64,000 nt of DNA, taken from NCBI GenBank assembly GCA_964016885.1, contig OZ024754.1, positions 26,536,001 through 26,600,000 of the forward strand, given 5' to 3'. A model generated the notes under the pieces. The model ran no database searches. It had not been told where the DNA came from and was given only the letters and a program-made list of their open reading frames with translations. Each line of letters opens with the position of its first letter. Positions within the stretch are counted from its first letter, which is position 1. This DNA is from Eledone cirrhosa. Taxonomy: Eukaryota. A program made the translations under genes and the position numbers. Below are positions 25,448 to 36,900 of this stretch, piece by piece.

Positions 25448-26953
25448 AGCTGCATTTATCTTGCTTTATGTTCATACGAGTTATCACCAAGTCACAACCA
25501 GTGACCTCAAGAGACAACAAGGTCCGCCATGTTCAAGAAAGAACATACATACTCACACATGCATCTTTAGTGTTTAGACTTGTGATGCACTTATATTGAC
25601 AGAATCTTCCTTAGTATATGGGCAGTTCCCATTAGTACTATCTTTTGTATTTCTCCTATACGCGGATCTCCTGGGATTTGCGATAAGTAATCATTAGACC
25701 CCTTAGGTATCATTCCTAGAGCGCCTACAACCACTGGTATTGTTTTAGTTCTCAATTTCCACATTTTTCCAATTTCTATCTCCAGGTCCTTATACTTGCT
25801 CAATTTTTCAAATGTTTTTATAGATACATTCTTGTCTATTGGAACAGACATATCAATTAGCAGGCATACCCTCTTTTTAAAGTCCTTCAATATTATATCA
25901 GGTCTATTTGCATCTATTTTTCGGTCTGTTTGGATGCTAAAGTTCCACAAGATTGCGATGTGATCTTTTTCAAGTATGGGAGGTGGTGATGCTCCCACCA
26001 ATTCTTTTGATGGGGCAGGTCAAAATGCTTACACATTATCCAATGTATGTATTGTGCAGCTCTGTCATGCCTGTTTAGGTATTCGGTTGGAGCTATAGGA
26101 CTGCACATTGAAATTATATGGTCAATGGTCTCTGGTTGTTTTTTACATACACGGCATAATGGGCTGCATCCATTTTTTATTATGTTAGCTTGGTAATTTT
26201 TTGTTGGCAGACACTGATCTTGTGCTGATATAATCAGTCCTTCAGTCTCCGATTTCAGTCCAGAGGATGCCAACCACTGATGGGTTAAAGTTTTGTCAAC
26301 ATCAGGATTGTTAGCTCGTTCTGGGTATTTTCCATACAGAGGCTTTTCTTGCCATTTCTTAGCCAGTTTCTGTAGCAGTTCTTTCTTTGCAGTTACTTTT
26401 ACCTGCTTTGCTTTTTCTGTGTTTTCCATTTCAGCAGTAAATGGGACTTCTGAAATTTGTAGTCTATTACTGTATCTTTGTGCATCTTTTGTAATGGAGT
26501 ATGATCTTTTGATGCTTATGTGTTTCAAAACGAGTTTGATCATCCAATCATGTGATTCCCTTAGATATGTAGATAATCCAATTGTTGCAGTTTTCAACGC
26601 AATGTCTAACTGGATTAACCCACTCCCTCCTTCTCTCCTAGGGAGATATATTCTATCTGTATCTGCCTTAGGGTGATGCATTCTGTGCATGGTTAAGAAT
26701 TTTCGAATTTTTGTATCGAGCCTACGGATCTCTGCGCTTGACCAGTTGATGACATTGTAACTGTAGGTTACTACTGGTATGGCAAGCGTGTTTATGGCAT
26801 CGATCCTATTCCTTGCATTCAATTCCGTTCTTAAGATTGCTCTTACTCTGCGGTAACATTCCTTCCTTATCCTTTCCCTCGTTGTCGAGTGCTTGATTCC
26901 GTCTCCTTCACAAACACCTAGATATTTGTAAGTTTCCTCTTGATCAAATTCTC
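25447..26953 (-). mobile_element. R4/Dong-like family C, 5'-truncated (late RT, CCHC, RLE; one frameshift)
   Basis: YKYLG, CRVC..ETIDHIISMC, RHD, NRPDI..IDMSVP..EKLSKYKDL; 3' end abuts (ATT)n. Confidence 0.9.
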
Positions 26954-27075
26954 TTGCCATTCTGAGTTCAAATCCCGCCGAGGTTTACTTTGCCTTTCAT
27001 CCTTACGGAATCGATAAAATAAAGTACCAGTAATGCACTGGGTATTTGCTGGCCTTGTGCCTAAAGTAGAAACAA
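26953..27075 (+). mobile_element. SINE 3' two-thirds with ATT tail
   Basis: cttgccattctgagttcaaatcccgccgagg...gtagaaacaatt(att)n. Confidence 0.8.
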
Positions 27076-27101
27076 TTATTATTATTATTATTATTATTAT
27101 T

Positions 27102-30100
27102 GTTATTGTTATTCCTTGAATCTCAGTCATTGATGTTGGTTAACTGGAAAGTCCGTTGGATTGAATATCAAGCCACTACCTGCAGCCTCAGATATTCAGG
27201 ACGTATCGGAGGGTTCTTGCCGTTCCAAGCAAGCATGCCTTTTGAAGCGTTCCAAAAAGCGTGAAGGGGCCGATTTTCTTTAACCATCCCTGGAAACCTT
27301 TGGAGATAGTCCCCAGTGCGCCTATGACAATCGGGATCACTTTGACTTCATGGCAGTTACAAATCCTTTTCACCTCCCACTTTAGGTCCTGGTATCGGTT
27401 AATTTTCTCCCTCTCCTTCTCTTGCACTCTCGTGTCGAACGGGCAGGCCACATCCACAATCAGGCACGATCTTTTTTCTTTGTCCACAACCACCAGGTCA
27501 GGTCTATTGTGTTCCAGTTTTTTGTCCGTCTGTATCCTAAAATCCCACAGCACCTTCACCTGACTGTTCTCCATCACCGCCTCTGGCCTATGCTCATACC
27601 ATTTCTCAGAATGTGGTAGATTGTTTACTTTGCACAGGTGCCAGTGGATCACCCTGCCCATCACATCGTGTCTCCAGCCCTTATAGTGGGTCTGGGCTAG
27701 GTGTTTACACTCGGACACAATGTGAGCCACAGTCTCCTCTCTCTCTCCACAGATCCTGCACAGTGGGCTAGCCTCCTCCTTGTAGATATGGTGCTTCAAC
27801 CACTTCGTTTTGAGGGCCTGCTCCTGCGCAGCCATTAGCATTCCTTCTGTAGCCTTTTTGAGGTCTCCTCTTCTCAACCAGTTCCATGTCTGTGGATCTC
27901 TAAATTCAGTTTTCTCAAAGAAGGTACTATGAAGGGATTTTCCCTTAAGGCTGCTCTTCCTCCTTGATGTTATTTCCTCCTTGGGTATCCCCTGGCCTAC
28001 TGTCCCCTCCTTCAGTACAGCTCTGAGCATTGGCTCCTTACTATAGGTCACGTATTTGTATAGGTTGTTTTTCTCCATCTGAACACAGTCCTCTATGCTG
28101 ATAAGACCTCTTCCACCCTCAGATCTCCTTAGGTAGAGTCTATCGACATCACTCCTCTTGTGGAACATGTTGTAGATAGTCAATAGCTTCCTAGTCTTCC
28201 TATCCATTTCTTTTTGTTCAGCAACATTCCATCTCAGAATTCCCGCACTGTACCTAATAATAGACACAGCTCGGGAATTTACTGCGCTTATGGCATTTCT
28301 GCTGTTCAGATGTGACTTCAATACGCTCCTTACTCTCCGAATGTATTCAGTTCTTAACAATTCCTTCATTTTTTTGTTCTTTATGCCATCAGCCTCCAGA
28401 ACGCCCAAATACTTGTATCCTTCCTCAGAGTCAATTTCCTTTATCATCTCACCTGTTGGTATCTGGATCCTGTTACTTCTGCTCAACCTACCCCTCCTCA
28501 TCACAATGACTCCACATTTACCAATACCAAACTGCATACATATATCACTGCTGAAAATACGGACAGTGTCAACAAGCACATCCAACTCCTTCTCACTTTT
28601 CCCGAAGAGCTTAAGATCGTCCATGAAGAGGAGGTGATTGATGGTAAGCTCTCCCCTTCCCAACTTGTATCCTGCTCTCACTTTTCGCAGCATAATGGTC
28701 AAGGGCATCAGGGCAAGGACAAACAACAGAGGGGACAGGCTATCTCCCTGGAAGATACCTCTCTTGATCTTCACGCTTCCCAAGGATACTCCAGTTGATG
28801 TCAACTCTGTCTCCCAGGACCCCATACTCCTGCCCAGCAACTGTCTGATGTTATCTGCCACCCTGAAGATCTCCAGGCTTTTGGTGATCCAGGAATGAGG
28901 CACCATGTCAAATGCCTTTCTGTAGTCTATCCATCCCATGGCAAGATCAGTGTGTCTCCTCCTGCAATTCCCCATTACCATCTTATCAATAAGCAACTGG
29001 TCCTTTGTACCACGTGACTTCTTTCGGCATCCTTTCTGTTCGTCCGGCAACAAGTTGTTTGTGTGGAGGTGATGGTAGATTTCCTCAGACAAAATGCTCG
29101 TCAACAGTTTCCACATTACGGGCAGACATGTGATAGGTCTATAGTTGGTAACATCATTACCCTTGATTCGGTCTTTCATTATCAGAACTGTGGTACCTTT
29201 TGTCAACCACTCTGGCACCTCACCTGACACCAAGCAGTCATTGAACATGGCCGTCAGCTTCGGGTGGAGGGATGTTAAATGTTTAATCCAATACCCCTGC
29301 ACACCATCTGGGCCTGGTGATTTCCAGTTGGTTAGTTTTTTGGCTTGCCCCTTAAGAGTTTCAACTGTGATACTCAAATCAGTCTGTTGCTGTGCCTGCT
29401 CACCGATCTCCCTCTGTACTGTCTCAATCCACCCTGCCTGGGCATTGTGTCTAACATCCTGCTCCCATATTCCTCTCCAGAATGTTTTAGCTTGTTCCGC
29501 CCCAGGGATCAAGTCGGTGCCTCTTTCTTTCCCCTCAAGCTGTCCAAACAGCATCTTCTGGTTGTTGTCGAACATGCGGTTCTGTTTATACTGACTGACT
29601 CTGTTCTCGTATCGCCTGATTTTAGCACTCTTTGCTACAATGCGTTGCTTCAATTCCTCTATGATAATATTTAGCTTTTTACTCCTAGTTTTGTATTTTA
29701 TTTCCAGTCTATTTTTAGTGCCTATGTTTTTTAGTGTCCCATTCAGTAGTGACTCAAGCTTTCCTATGTCATTTCTCATTTCCCCGATTTGCCCACTCAG
29801 TCGCTTCTTCCACCACGGCTCTGCTCTTTCTTGTCTGTTGTTTCCTCTCGCTTTTATACCAAGTAGTTTCCTCACCGTATTTGCTGTTGCTTTGAGGATA
29901 TTGTTGCACTGGTGAAGACTCCTCGCCTCAAGGTATGGGATGACTTTGTTTACCTTAGCTGTTGTTTCTTTTAACTTTTTCCTGTCTACAAATCTTAGGT
30001 TCATAGGTCTCCCACTATCATTGTTCAACTCATCTACCACTAAATTTAGGATGTCAACCGAATCTTGTCCTAGCCCGTCAGCATTCATCTCCTCAGTGGC

Positions 30101-30790
30101 CGTATCTCTGTTCCAGGTATTATTTATCTCAGTATTCAGATCATTGTCTGCTTCGGGTGGTTCCTCCGCTCTCAGGACCTCCTCACCTTCATTTCCCGCC
30201 GGCTCGCTTGTCTGGCATACTACACCCGCCATCTCCAAGCCATTCTCTCTGCTCAGTTCCTCCAGTTCCAGCTCGCTTATCCACCCATTAGTTCTTATTA
30301 CCCGAGCCTGCCCGGCCAATTTTTGTTCATCTAATTTAAATAAACCAATCTCGTTCCAGATGTTATGCATCCGTCTCCTGTAGCCCCTCTCCTTGGGGTT
30401 ACTTTTCAGGTAGCATTGCATAACAGTTCTATTCAATTCTTTCGTCCAGTTGGTTCTGGCCCCTTTCCTTCTTCTTCTTCCTCCAACATCAGCAGTATTT
30501 CGTTGACAGTCAGGTTCCTGCTGCTGAACCAGGGGGCACCTGTTGGGTGAGAGTCTGTCACATGACGTTCTAGTCTCCATTTCACCGTTATTCGAACTGT
30601 TTATGTTCGATATTTAAACACTCTTATCGAGGATTGGCGAATGTATGTTTACATAGCCATCTGTGGATCCGCCATCCCACTTGGCCCTTGTGTGGCATTA
30701 TCACCACGCTGTATACGGACACACATAAACAAACAAACACACGGGCAGAAAGGGCCCCAAAAATGAATAAGCATAAGTTTCATTGTAATG
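27102..30790 (-). mobile_element. R4/Dong-like family B, apparently full-length element
   Basis: Single long ORF, short 3'UTR running into (AAT)n on the sense strand; the 5' boundary is uncertain (30790 or up to 31969). Confidence 0.88.
27188..30580 (-). CDS. Intact 1130-aa RT-CCHC-RLE polyprotein of an R4/Dong-clade element
   Basis: KSPGPDG, NYRPITCL, IDYRKAFD, GIFQGDSLSP, FMDDLK, YKYLG, CRIC..H..C, RHD, RPD(x)nD..EK..Y; no stops. Confidence 0.93.
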   Translation of the reverse strand: METRTSCDRLSPNRCPLVQQQEPDCQRNTADVGGRRRRKGARTNWTKELNRTVMQCYLKSNPKERGYRRRMHNIWNEIGLFKLDEQKLAGQARVIRTNGWISELELEELSRENGLEMAGVVCQTSEPAGNEGEEVLRAEEPPEADNDLNTEINNTWNRDTATEEMNADGLGQDSVDILNLVVDELNNDSGRPMNLRFVDRKKLKETTAKVNKVIPYLEARSLHQCNNILKATANTVRKLLGIKARGNNRQERAEPWWKKRLSGQIGEMRNDIGKLESLLNGTLKNIGTKNRLEIKYKTRSKKLNIIIEELKQRIVAKSAKIRRYENRVSQYKQNRMFDNNQKMLFGQLEGKERGTDLIPGAEQAKTFWRGIWEQDVRHNAQAGWIETVQREIGEQAQQQTDLSITVETLKGQAKKLTNWKSPGPDGVQGYWIKHLTSLHPKLTAMFNDCLVSGEVPEWLTKGTTVLIMKDRIKGNDVTNYRPITCLPVMWKLLTSILSEEIYHHLHTNNLLPDEQKGCRKKSRGTKDQLLIDKMVMGNCRRRHTDLAMGWIDYRKAFDMVPHSWITKSLEIFRVADNIRQLLGRSMGSWETELTSTGVSLGSVKIKRGIFQGDSLSPLLFVLALMPLTIMLRKVRAGYKLGRGELTINHLLFMDDLKLFGKSEKELDVLVDTVRIFSSDICMQFGIGKCGVIVMRRGRLSRSNRIQIPTGEMIKEIDSEEGYKYLGVLEADGIKNKKMKELLRTEYIRRVRSVLKSHLNSRNAISAVNSRAVSIIRYSAGILRWNVAEQKEMDRKTRKLLTIYNMFHKRSDVDRLYLRRSEGGRGLISIEDCVQMEKNNLYKYVTYSKEPMLRAVLKEGTVGQGIPKEEITSRRKSSLKGKSLHSTFFEKTEFRDPQTWNWLRRGDLKKATEGMLMAAQEQALKTKWLKHHIYKEEASPLCRICGEREETVAHIVSECKHLAQTHYKGWRHDVMGRVIHWHLCKVNNLPHSEKWYEHRPEAVMENSQVKVLWDFRIQTDKKLEHNRPDLVVVDKEKRSCLIVDVACPFDTRVQEKEREKINRYQDLKWEVKRICNCHEVKVIPIVIGALGTISKGFQGWLKKIGPFTLFGTLQKACLLGTARTLRYVLNI

Positions 30791-31149
30791 TAGTATTCGA
30801 ATGTCTGACTTAGTTTTTGTTTTTTAAGTTTTACTTTTTCCCCCCTCTTCTCTGTCCGTCCGCCTGCTTCTCTCTTCATTCTTATTTTCTTTACGTTTTT
30901 GGGGTTTCTTTTTTTGTTTTTGTTTTTCTCTGTTTTTCTCGTTTTTTACTGTTGTTGCTGTGCTGCTTTTGTTGTTTGTTTTTTCTTTTTTCTTTTGAGT
31001 CTATCTATATATTTTGATGCCTTCCTCTTTGTTAGTAGTAGGAATTCTATAATGTGGAAGTGGTAGCCAGCAGAGACTAGCGGCGTTGGCGATACTGAGA
31101 CAGTGGTGGCGGTGATGTCGATACCGAGGCAGTGGTGGCGGTGATGCGA

Positions 31150-31802
31150 CCGTATTACTGTAGTGATGGTGCTGTAGCGGTGGCAGCAGCAGTGAAGGAG
31201 TCAGGGGGTGGTGGCGGCGGTGATGGGATAGTGGTGGTAATGATGGCCGTAGTGAGCGGTGGCGGTGAAGGTGAAAATGCTGTTGTGTTTAGTGTACACA
31301 GATGATGGGGTGGGTGGTGTATCTAGTTTCTGGTGTTGGTGAGTTTCGCTGTCCTATATAGTGTAGCCAGAGGAGAGGAGGGGGGGGGGGGGGTTCTTCT
31401 TCTTCCATTTATAGCCATTTTATTTTATTTTTTTTGGATATACAGTGTACAATACAAAGTTGAATATTTGAATATTTGAGCCGTATTACTGTAGTGATGG
31501 TGCTGTAGCGGTGGCAGCAGCAGTGAAGGAGTCAAGGGGTGGTGGCGGCGGTGATGGGATAGTGGTGGTAATGATGGCCGTAGTGAGCGGTGGCGGGGAA
31601 GGTGAAAATGCTGTTGTGTTTAGTGTACACAGATGATGGGGTGGGCGGTGTATCTAGTTTCTGGTGTTGGTGAGTTTAGCTGTCCTATATAGTGTAGCCA
31701 GAGGAGAGGAGGGGGGGGGGGTTCTTCTTCTTCCATTTATAGCCATTTTTTTTTGGATATACAGTGTACAATACAAAGTTGAATATTTGAATATTTGAGC
31801 CT
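31150..31802. repeat. ~325-bp direct tandem duplication (31150-31480 and 31481-31802)
   Basis: ccgtattactgtagtg...gaatatttgag occurs twice. Confidence 0.9.
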
Positions 31803-31993
31803 TATAACAATATATTTTGGGTCCGAATTTTTTGGGGCTCAAGCCGGGTGCTTTACGTAGCATTTGTACTAAGAGTTGTTATTTCACAAATGATTTAAAT
31901 ATGTTAAAAATTCAAAACTTACGGGAGCGATTTCATGACCTCCGTCACCTCGTGCGTCTTCTTCCCTTTATTATTATTATTATTATTATTATT

Positions 31994-33777
31994 GTTATTG
32001 TTATTCCTTGAATCTCAGTCATTGATGTTGGTTAACTGGAAAGTCCGTTGGATTGAATATCAAGCCACTACCTGCAGCCTCAGATATTCAGGACGTATCG
32101 GAGGGTTCTTGCTGTTCCAAGCAAGCATGCCTTTTGAAGCGTTCCAAAAAGCGTGAAGGGGCCGATTTTCTTTAACCATCCCTGGAAACCTTTGGAGATA
32201 GTCCCCAGTGCGCCTATGACAATCGGGATCACTTTGACTTCATGGCAGTTCCAAATCCTTTTCACCTCCCACTTTAGGTCCTGGTATCGGTTAATTTTCT
32301 CCCTCTCCTTCTCTTGCACTCTCGTGTCGAACGGGCAGGCCACATCCACAATCAGACACGATCTTTTTTCTTTGTCCACAACCACCAGGTCAGGTCTATT
32401 GTGTTCCAGTTTTTTGTCCGTCTGTATCCTAAAATCCCACAGCACCTTCACCTGACTGTTCTCCATCACCGCCTCTGGCCTATGCTCATACCATTTCTCA
32501 GAATGTGGTAGATTGTTTACTTTGCACAGGTGCCAGTGGATCACCCTGCCCATCACATCGTGTCTCCAGCCCTTATAGTGGGTCTGGGCTAGGTGTTTAC
32601 ACTCGGACACAATGTGAGCCACAGTCTCCTCTCTCTCTCCACAGATCCTGCACAGTGGGCTAGCCTCCTCCTTGTAGATATGGTGCTTCAACCACTTCGT
32701 TTTGAGGGCCTGCTCCTGCGCAGCCATTAGCATTCCTTCTGTAGCCTTTTTGAGGTCTCCTCTTCTCAACCAGTTCCATGTCTGTGGATCTCTAAATTCA
32801 GTTTTCTCAAAGAAGGTACTATGAAGGGATTTTCCTTTAAGGCTGCTCTTCCTCCTTGATGTTATTTCCTCCTTGGATATCCCCTGGCCTACTGTCCCCT
32901 CCTTCAGTACAGTTCTGAGCATTGGCTCCTTACTATAGGTCACGTATTTGTATAGGTTGTTTTTCTCCATCTGAACACAGTCTTCTATGCTGATAAGACC
33001 TCTTCCACCCTCATACCTCCTTAGGTAGAGTCTATCGACATCACTCCTCTTGTGGAACATGTTGTAGATAGTCAATAGCTTCCTAGTCTTCCTATCCATT
33101 TCCTTTTTGTTCAGCAACATTCCATCTCAGAATTCCCGCACTGTACCTAATAATAGACACAGCTCGGGAATTTACTGCGCTTATGGCATTTCTGCTGTTC
33201 AGATGTGACTTCAATATGCTCCCTACTCTCCGAATGTATTCAGTTCTTAACAATTCCTTCCTTTTTTTGTTCTTTATGCCATCAGCCTCCAGAACGCCCA
33301 AATACTTGTATCCTTCCTCAGAGTCAATTTCCTTTATCATCTCACCTGTTGGTATCTGGATCCCGTTACGTCTGCTCAACCTACCCCTCCTCATCACAAT
33401 GACTCCACATTTACTAATACCAAACTGCATACATATATCACTGCTGAAAATACGGACAGTGTCAACAAGCACATCCAACTCCTTCTCACTTTTCCCGAAG
33501 AGCTTAAGATCGTCCATGAAGAGGAGGTGATTGATGGTAAGCTCTCCCTTTCCCAACTTGTATCCTGCTCTCACTTTTCGCAGCATAATGGTCAAGGGCA
33601 TCAGGGCAAGGACAAACAATAGAGGGGACAGGCTATCTCCCTGGAGGATACCTCTCTTGATCTTCACGCTTCCCAAGGATACTCCAGTTGATGTCAACTC
33701 TGTCTCCCAGGACCCCATACTCCTGCCCAGCAACTGTCTGATGTTATCTGCCACCCTGAAGATCTCCAGGCTTTTGG
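31994..33777 (-). mobile_element. R4-like family B, 5'-truncated copy with one frameshift
   Basis: Nearly identical to 27102-28885; flanked by (ATT)n. Confidence 0.92.
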
Positions 33778-33841
33778 ATTCCGTTGCTTCTGCTCAATTT
33801 ACCTCTCTTCATCAAAAGGACTCCACACTTACTAATACCAA

Positions 33842-33907
<66 letters not shown>

Positions 33908-36900
33908 GAATGCCATGGTTGACGGAGGCTCGGCTCTGTAAGGTATTGTAAATTTTGACCGCTATAACAATTGTAAATTGTTTAAAACTTTAACCAAATT
34001 GTAGACAAAAACACCCACCTCCTCGTGAGAGGGGTCATTCTGCCCGTTATTTGGCCCTTCGGGGTTAAATAACCGCTTATTGGGTTTTGTGCCCAATATT
34101 TATTTTAAACAAAAAAAAACATGGCTACGAAAAAGAATTTTCACAAGTCACTCCCACTCATTCCGTCTTCTTCCTCAATCGTCACTACAGCAGAGAGAAG
34201 ATTGTCTCTCTCCCTCCCTTCTCTTTCGCAAGCGACGCCAGTAAAGAAAAATCACGTGCAAAGCATGGAACATTTCTCCACGACGACAACAACGACGAAA
34301 AAGGTGTGCGGTAAATACGAAAACCCATTTCATTCATCTGACGTCATGAATAATAGCAGTAGCTGCCGTAATAACAGCAGCAGCAGCAACAGTGACAAGG
34401 AAAACAACAGTAGCAGCCGAAACAACTTCAGCAGCAGCATAAACAACAACAGCATTAGCAGCAGCAGCAACAACAACAGCAGCAGCAGCAGCAACAACAA
34501 AAACAACCACAGCAACAGCGGCGACGGCAGTAGTCGTAGTATCTGCAGCAACAACAAAAGTAACAGCAGTTCTGACGACAACAACAACAACAACAACAAC
34601 AACAGCAGCAAAGAAAAACCAATCTCGTTTGCAGGTATCGCAAAGAACCTGGAAACCATCCTCATAAATGAGGAATTACATAAATGAGGAATTACAGGAA
34701 GCGAAGAAGATGGTGACGAAAACCGGACACCGAGCAATCTGCAAGGCAGCCGAAACATTTTTCGAAACCCAACAGCACTGTACGGTCACGTACCGTACAG
34801 TAAGCACAAAATCCCGTAGGGTTGAAAGAGCCACAGAGGCTCAAATACTAAAAGCCTTAGGGTCTGTGTGGCAGCGGAAAACGCATATCACCTGAGGCAA
34901 GAAATATGCCACCCTAGACGTGCTTTTTGCCACACTCCAGGAGGCAAAGGCTCAATCCTTAGTGACCCTAAGGAGCGAGGAAATGGTGTTGGTGCCTTCC
35001 TACTGCGGGCAAAAAATTGTGAGGGTCAAACTGACCCACGTCCCCCCAGGGATAGCCCCTTCTTGGCTCGCCGCGTCTGTCCTCGTCGGAATCGAGGACA
35101 AAACAATTGTACTGCAAGTACAGAAAAGAGTAAGAGAAGATTGGGTCGGCAGCTCCATTGAGATGTTAATCCAAACCAACCAGGAGTGCATCGAAGCTAT
35201 CCCAGATGTGATAGACTTCGATAACGGCACTCAACTGCCCATAAGTGTTGAGGGCAAACGCCCGAAATACTTTCGCTGTGGATCGAAGACTCACCCCAGG
35301 GCCTTCTGCAACGAGAAGACCCTGAGAAAGGAGAAAAAACCCGCCTCCTTCCGAAACGGGCTCCACTGCTACCAGCAACAGGACAAGCGGAAACCAGGAA
35401 CGATAGGTCCGTGGCACCAATACCCACGCCACGGAAATCAAGAAAAGCAGCAGCAGTGGAAGTATTAACAACAACAACAGTAATATCAACTGCAGCTCCA
35501 ACAGAGACTCCACTGCAAACATCACCAACAACAACAAGTGAAAGTGTGGAGCTGGTACCCCTCCCCAACCTCACAGAATCAGACATGGAGTGTGAGGTGG
35601 GAAAGGGATGGGAAAAGGTCGCAAGAAGGCACAAACGCAGAAGCAGCGCATCGTCGCCTTCGAAAAGGGAGGAAAGAAATGAAAAAAGGGTAAAGGCTAC
35701 TGCAAAGAGACTCACAGCAGCAACACCACCAACACAATCACCACCCACACTAGCACCACCATCACCACCGGCGACAACCCCACCGCCAACAACAACAACA
35801 CCTTCAACACCACCACCACAAGCACCAACATCGCAAACACAACAACAAAACACACACACCCAGCAACAACAACAAGAAAATAGCAGAACCACACCTCACC
35901 CTCAGAAAAACAAATGCACGGCAATAAATACACACAACAAGAAACTAATGACTTACATAATTGAACACACAGACATTTCACAGCATGACTACATAATAAC
36001 AGCACCAATCAAAACACCAACGAACATAAGACTGGTAAGAATTACACAGAAACAATACACACACATTAAAACGAAATTCCCCAACGCAGTTGGTGATTTC
36101 AGAGACCTAGGAGGGACTCTCAACCGGAGAGTATATTCGGACATACTCATAGAAGAGCCGACGACCAGCCGAAGGGACGATTCAACGGTCCCTTCACCAA
36201 ACGATCAAGTGAAAAGGGATGGAGAAACCATCCTTCCTCTACGAAAAGTACGATAAGTGGTCTTTCCCATCTTTTCCACTCCATTTTAAACATGACCTCA
36301 CTCAGAATAGCCAGCATAAATGTGCGTGGCTTGGGGTCGTCATGGAAGCAGAGCCACCTGCTCAACGACCTCAGGTCACTAAACATAGATGTAGTGACTA
36401 TCAGCGAGACCAGAATATCCGAAGCACGGGCCTTCGCACCGATCTTCGGCGGCTACGATGTGTACGCATCTCCCAGCCGTCCTGGATCGGGGGGGGGGAG
36501 GAGTTGCAGTGCTTTTTCGGAGAGGTTTGGATCTCGCCATACGGGCCATATTCCTGGACCCAGAGGATAAGTTGGTGGTGCTGGACGTGACCAGCGGAGA
36601 CGGGCAAGCTTTCAGGCTAGTGGCCGTCTATGCCCCGACAGGAGCAGGGCGGCCTGATTTCTTCCGGTGTCTGGAGATCTTTCTTGGAACGTCCCGCTCT
36701 TTAGTGTTAGTGGGCGACTTGAACGGGATCTTAGATGCACGCCGGGAATGTGTGGGATTAGCGGATAGGGGTGGAGGGTGCAAGAGCCTCACCAACCTGC
36801 TCAGGCGTTTTGAACTGTCTGACAGGTACCGATTGGATTTCCCGAATGTGCCAATGTGGACTTGGACAAATCGCATAGGGTCATCCAGATCATATCTAGA

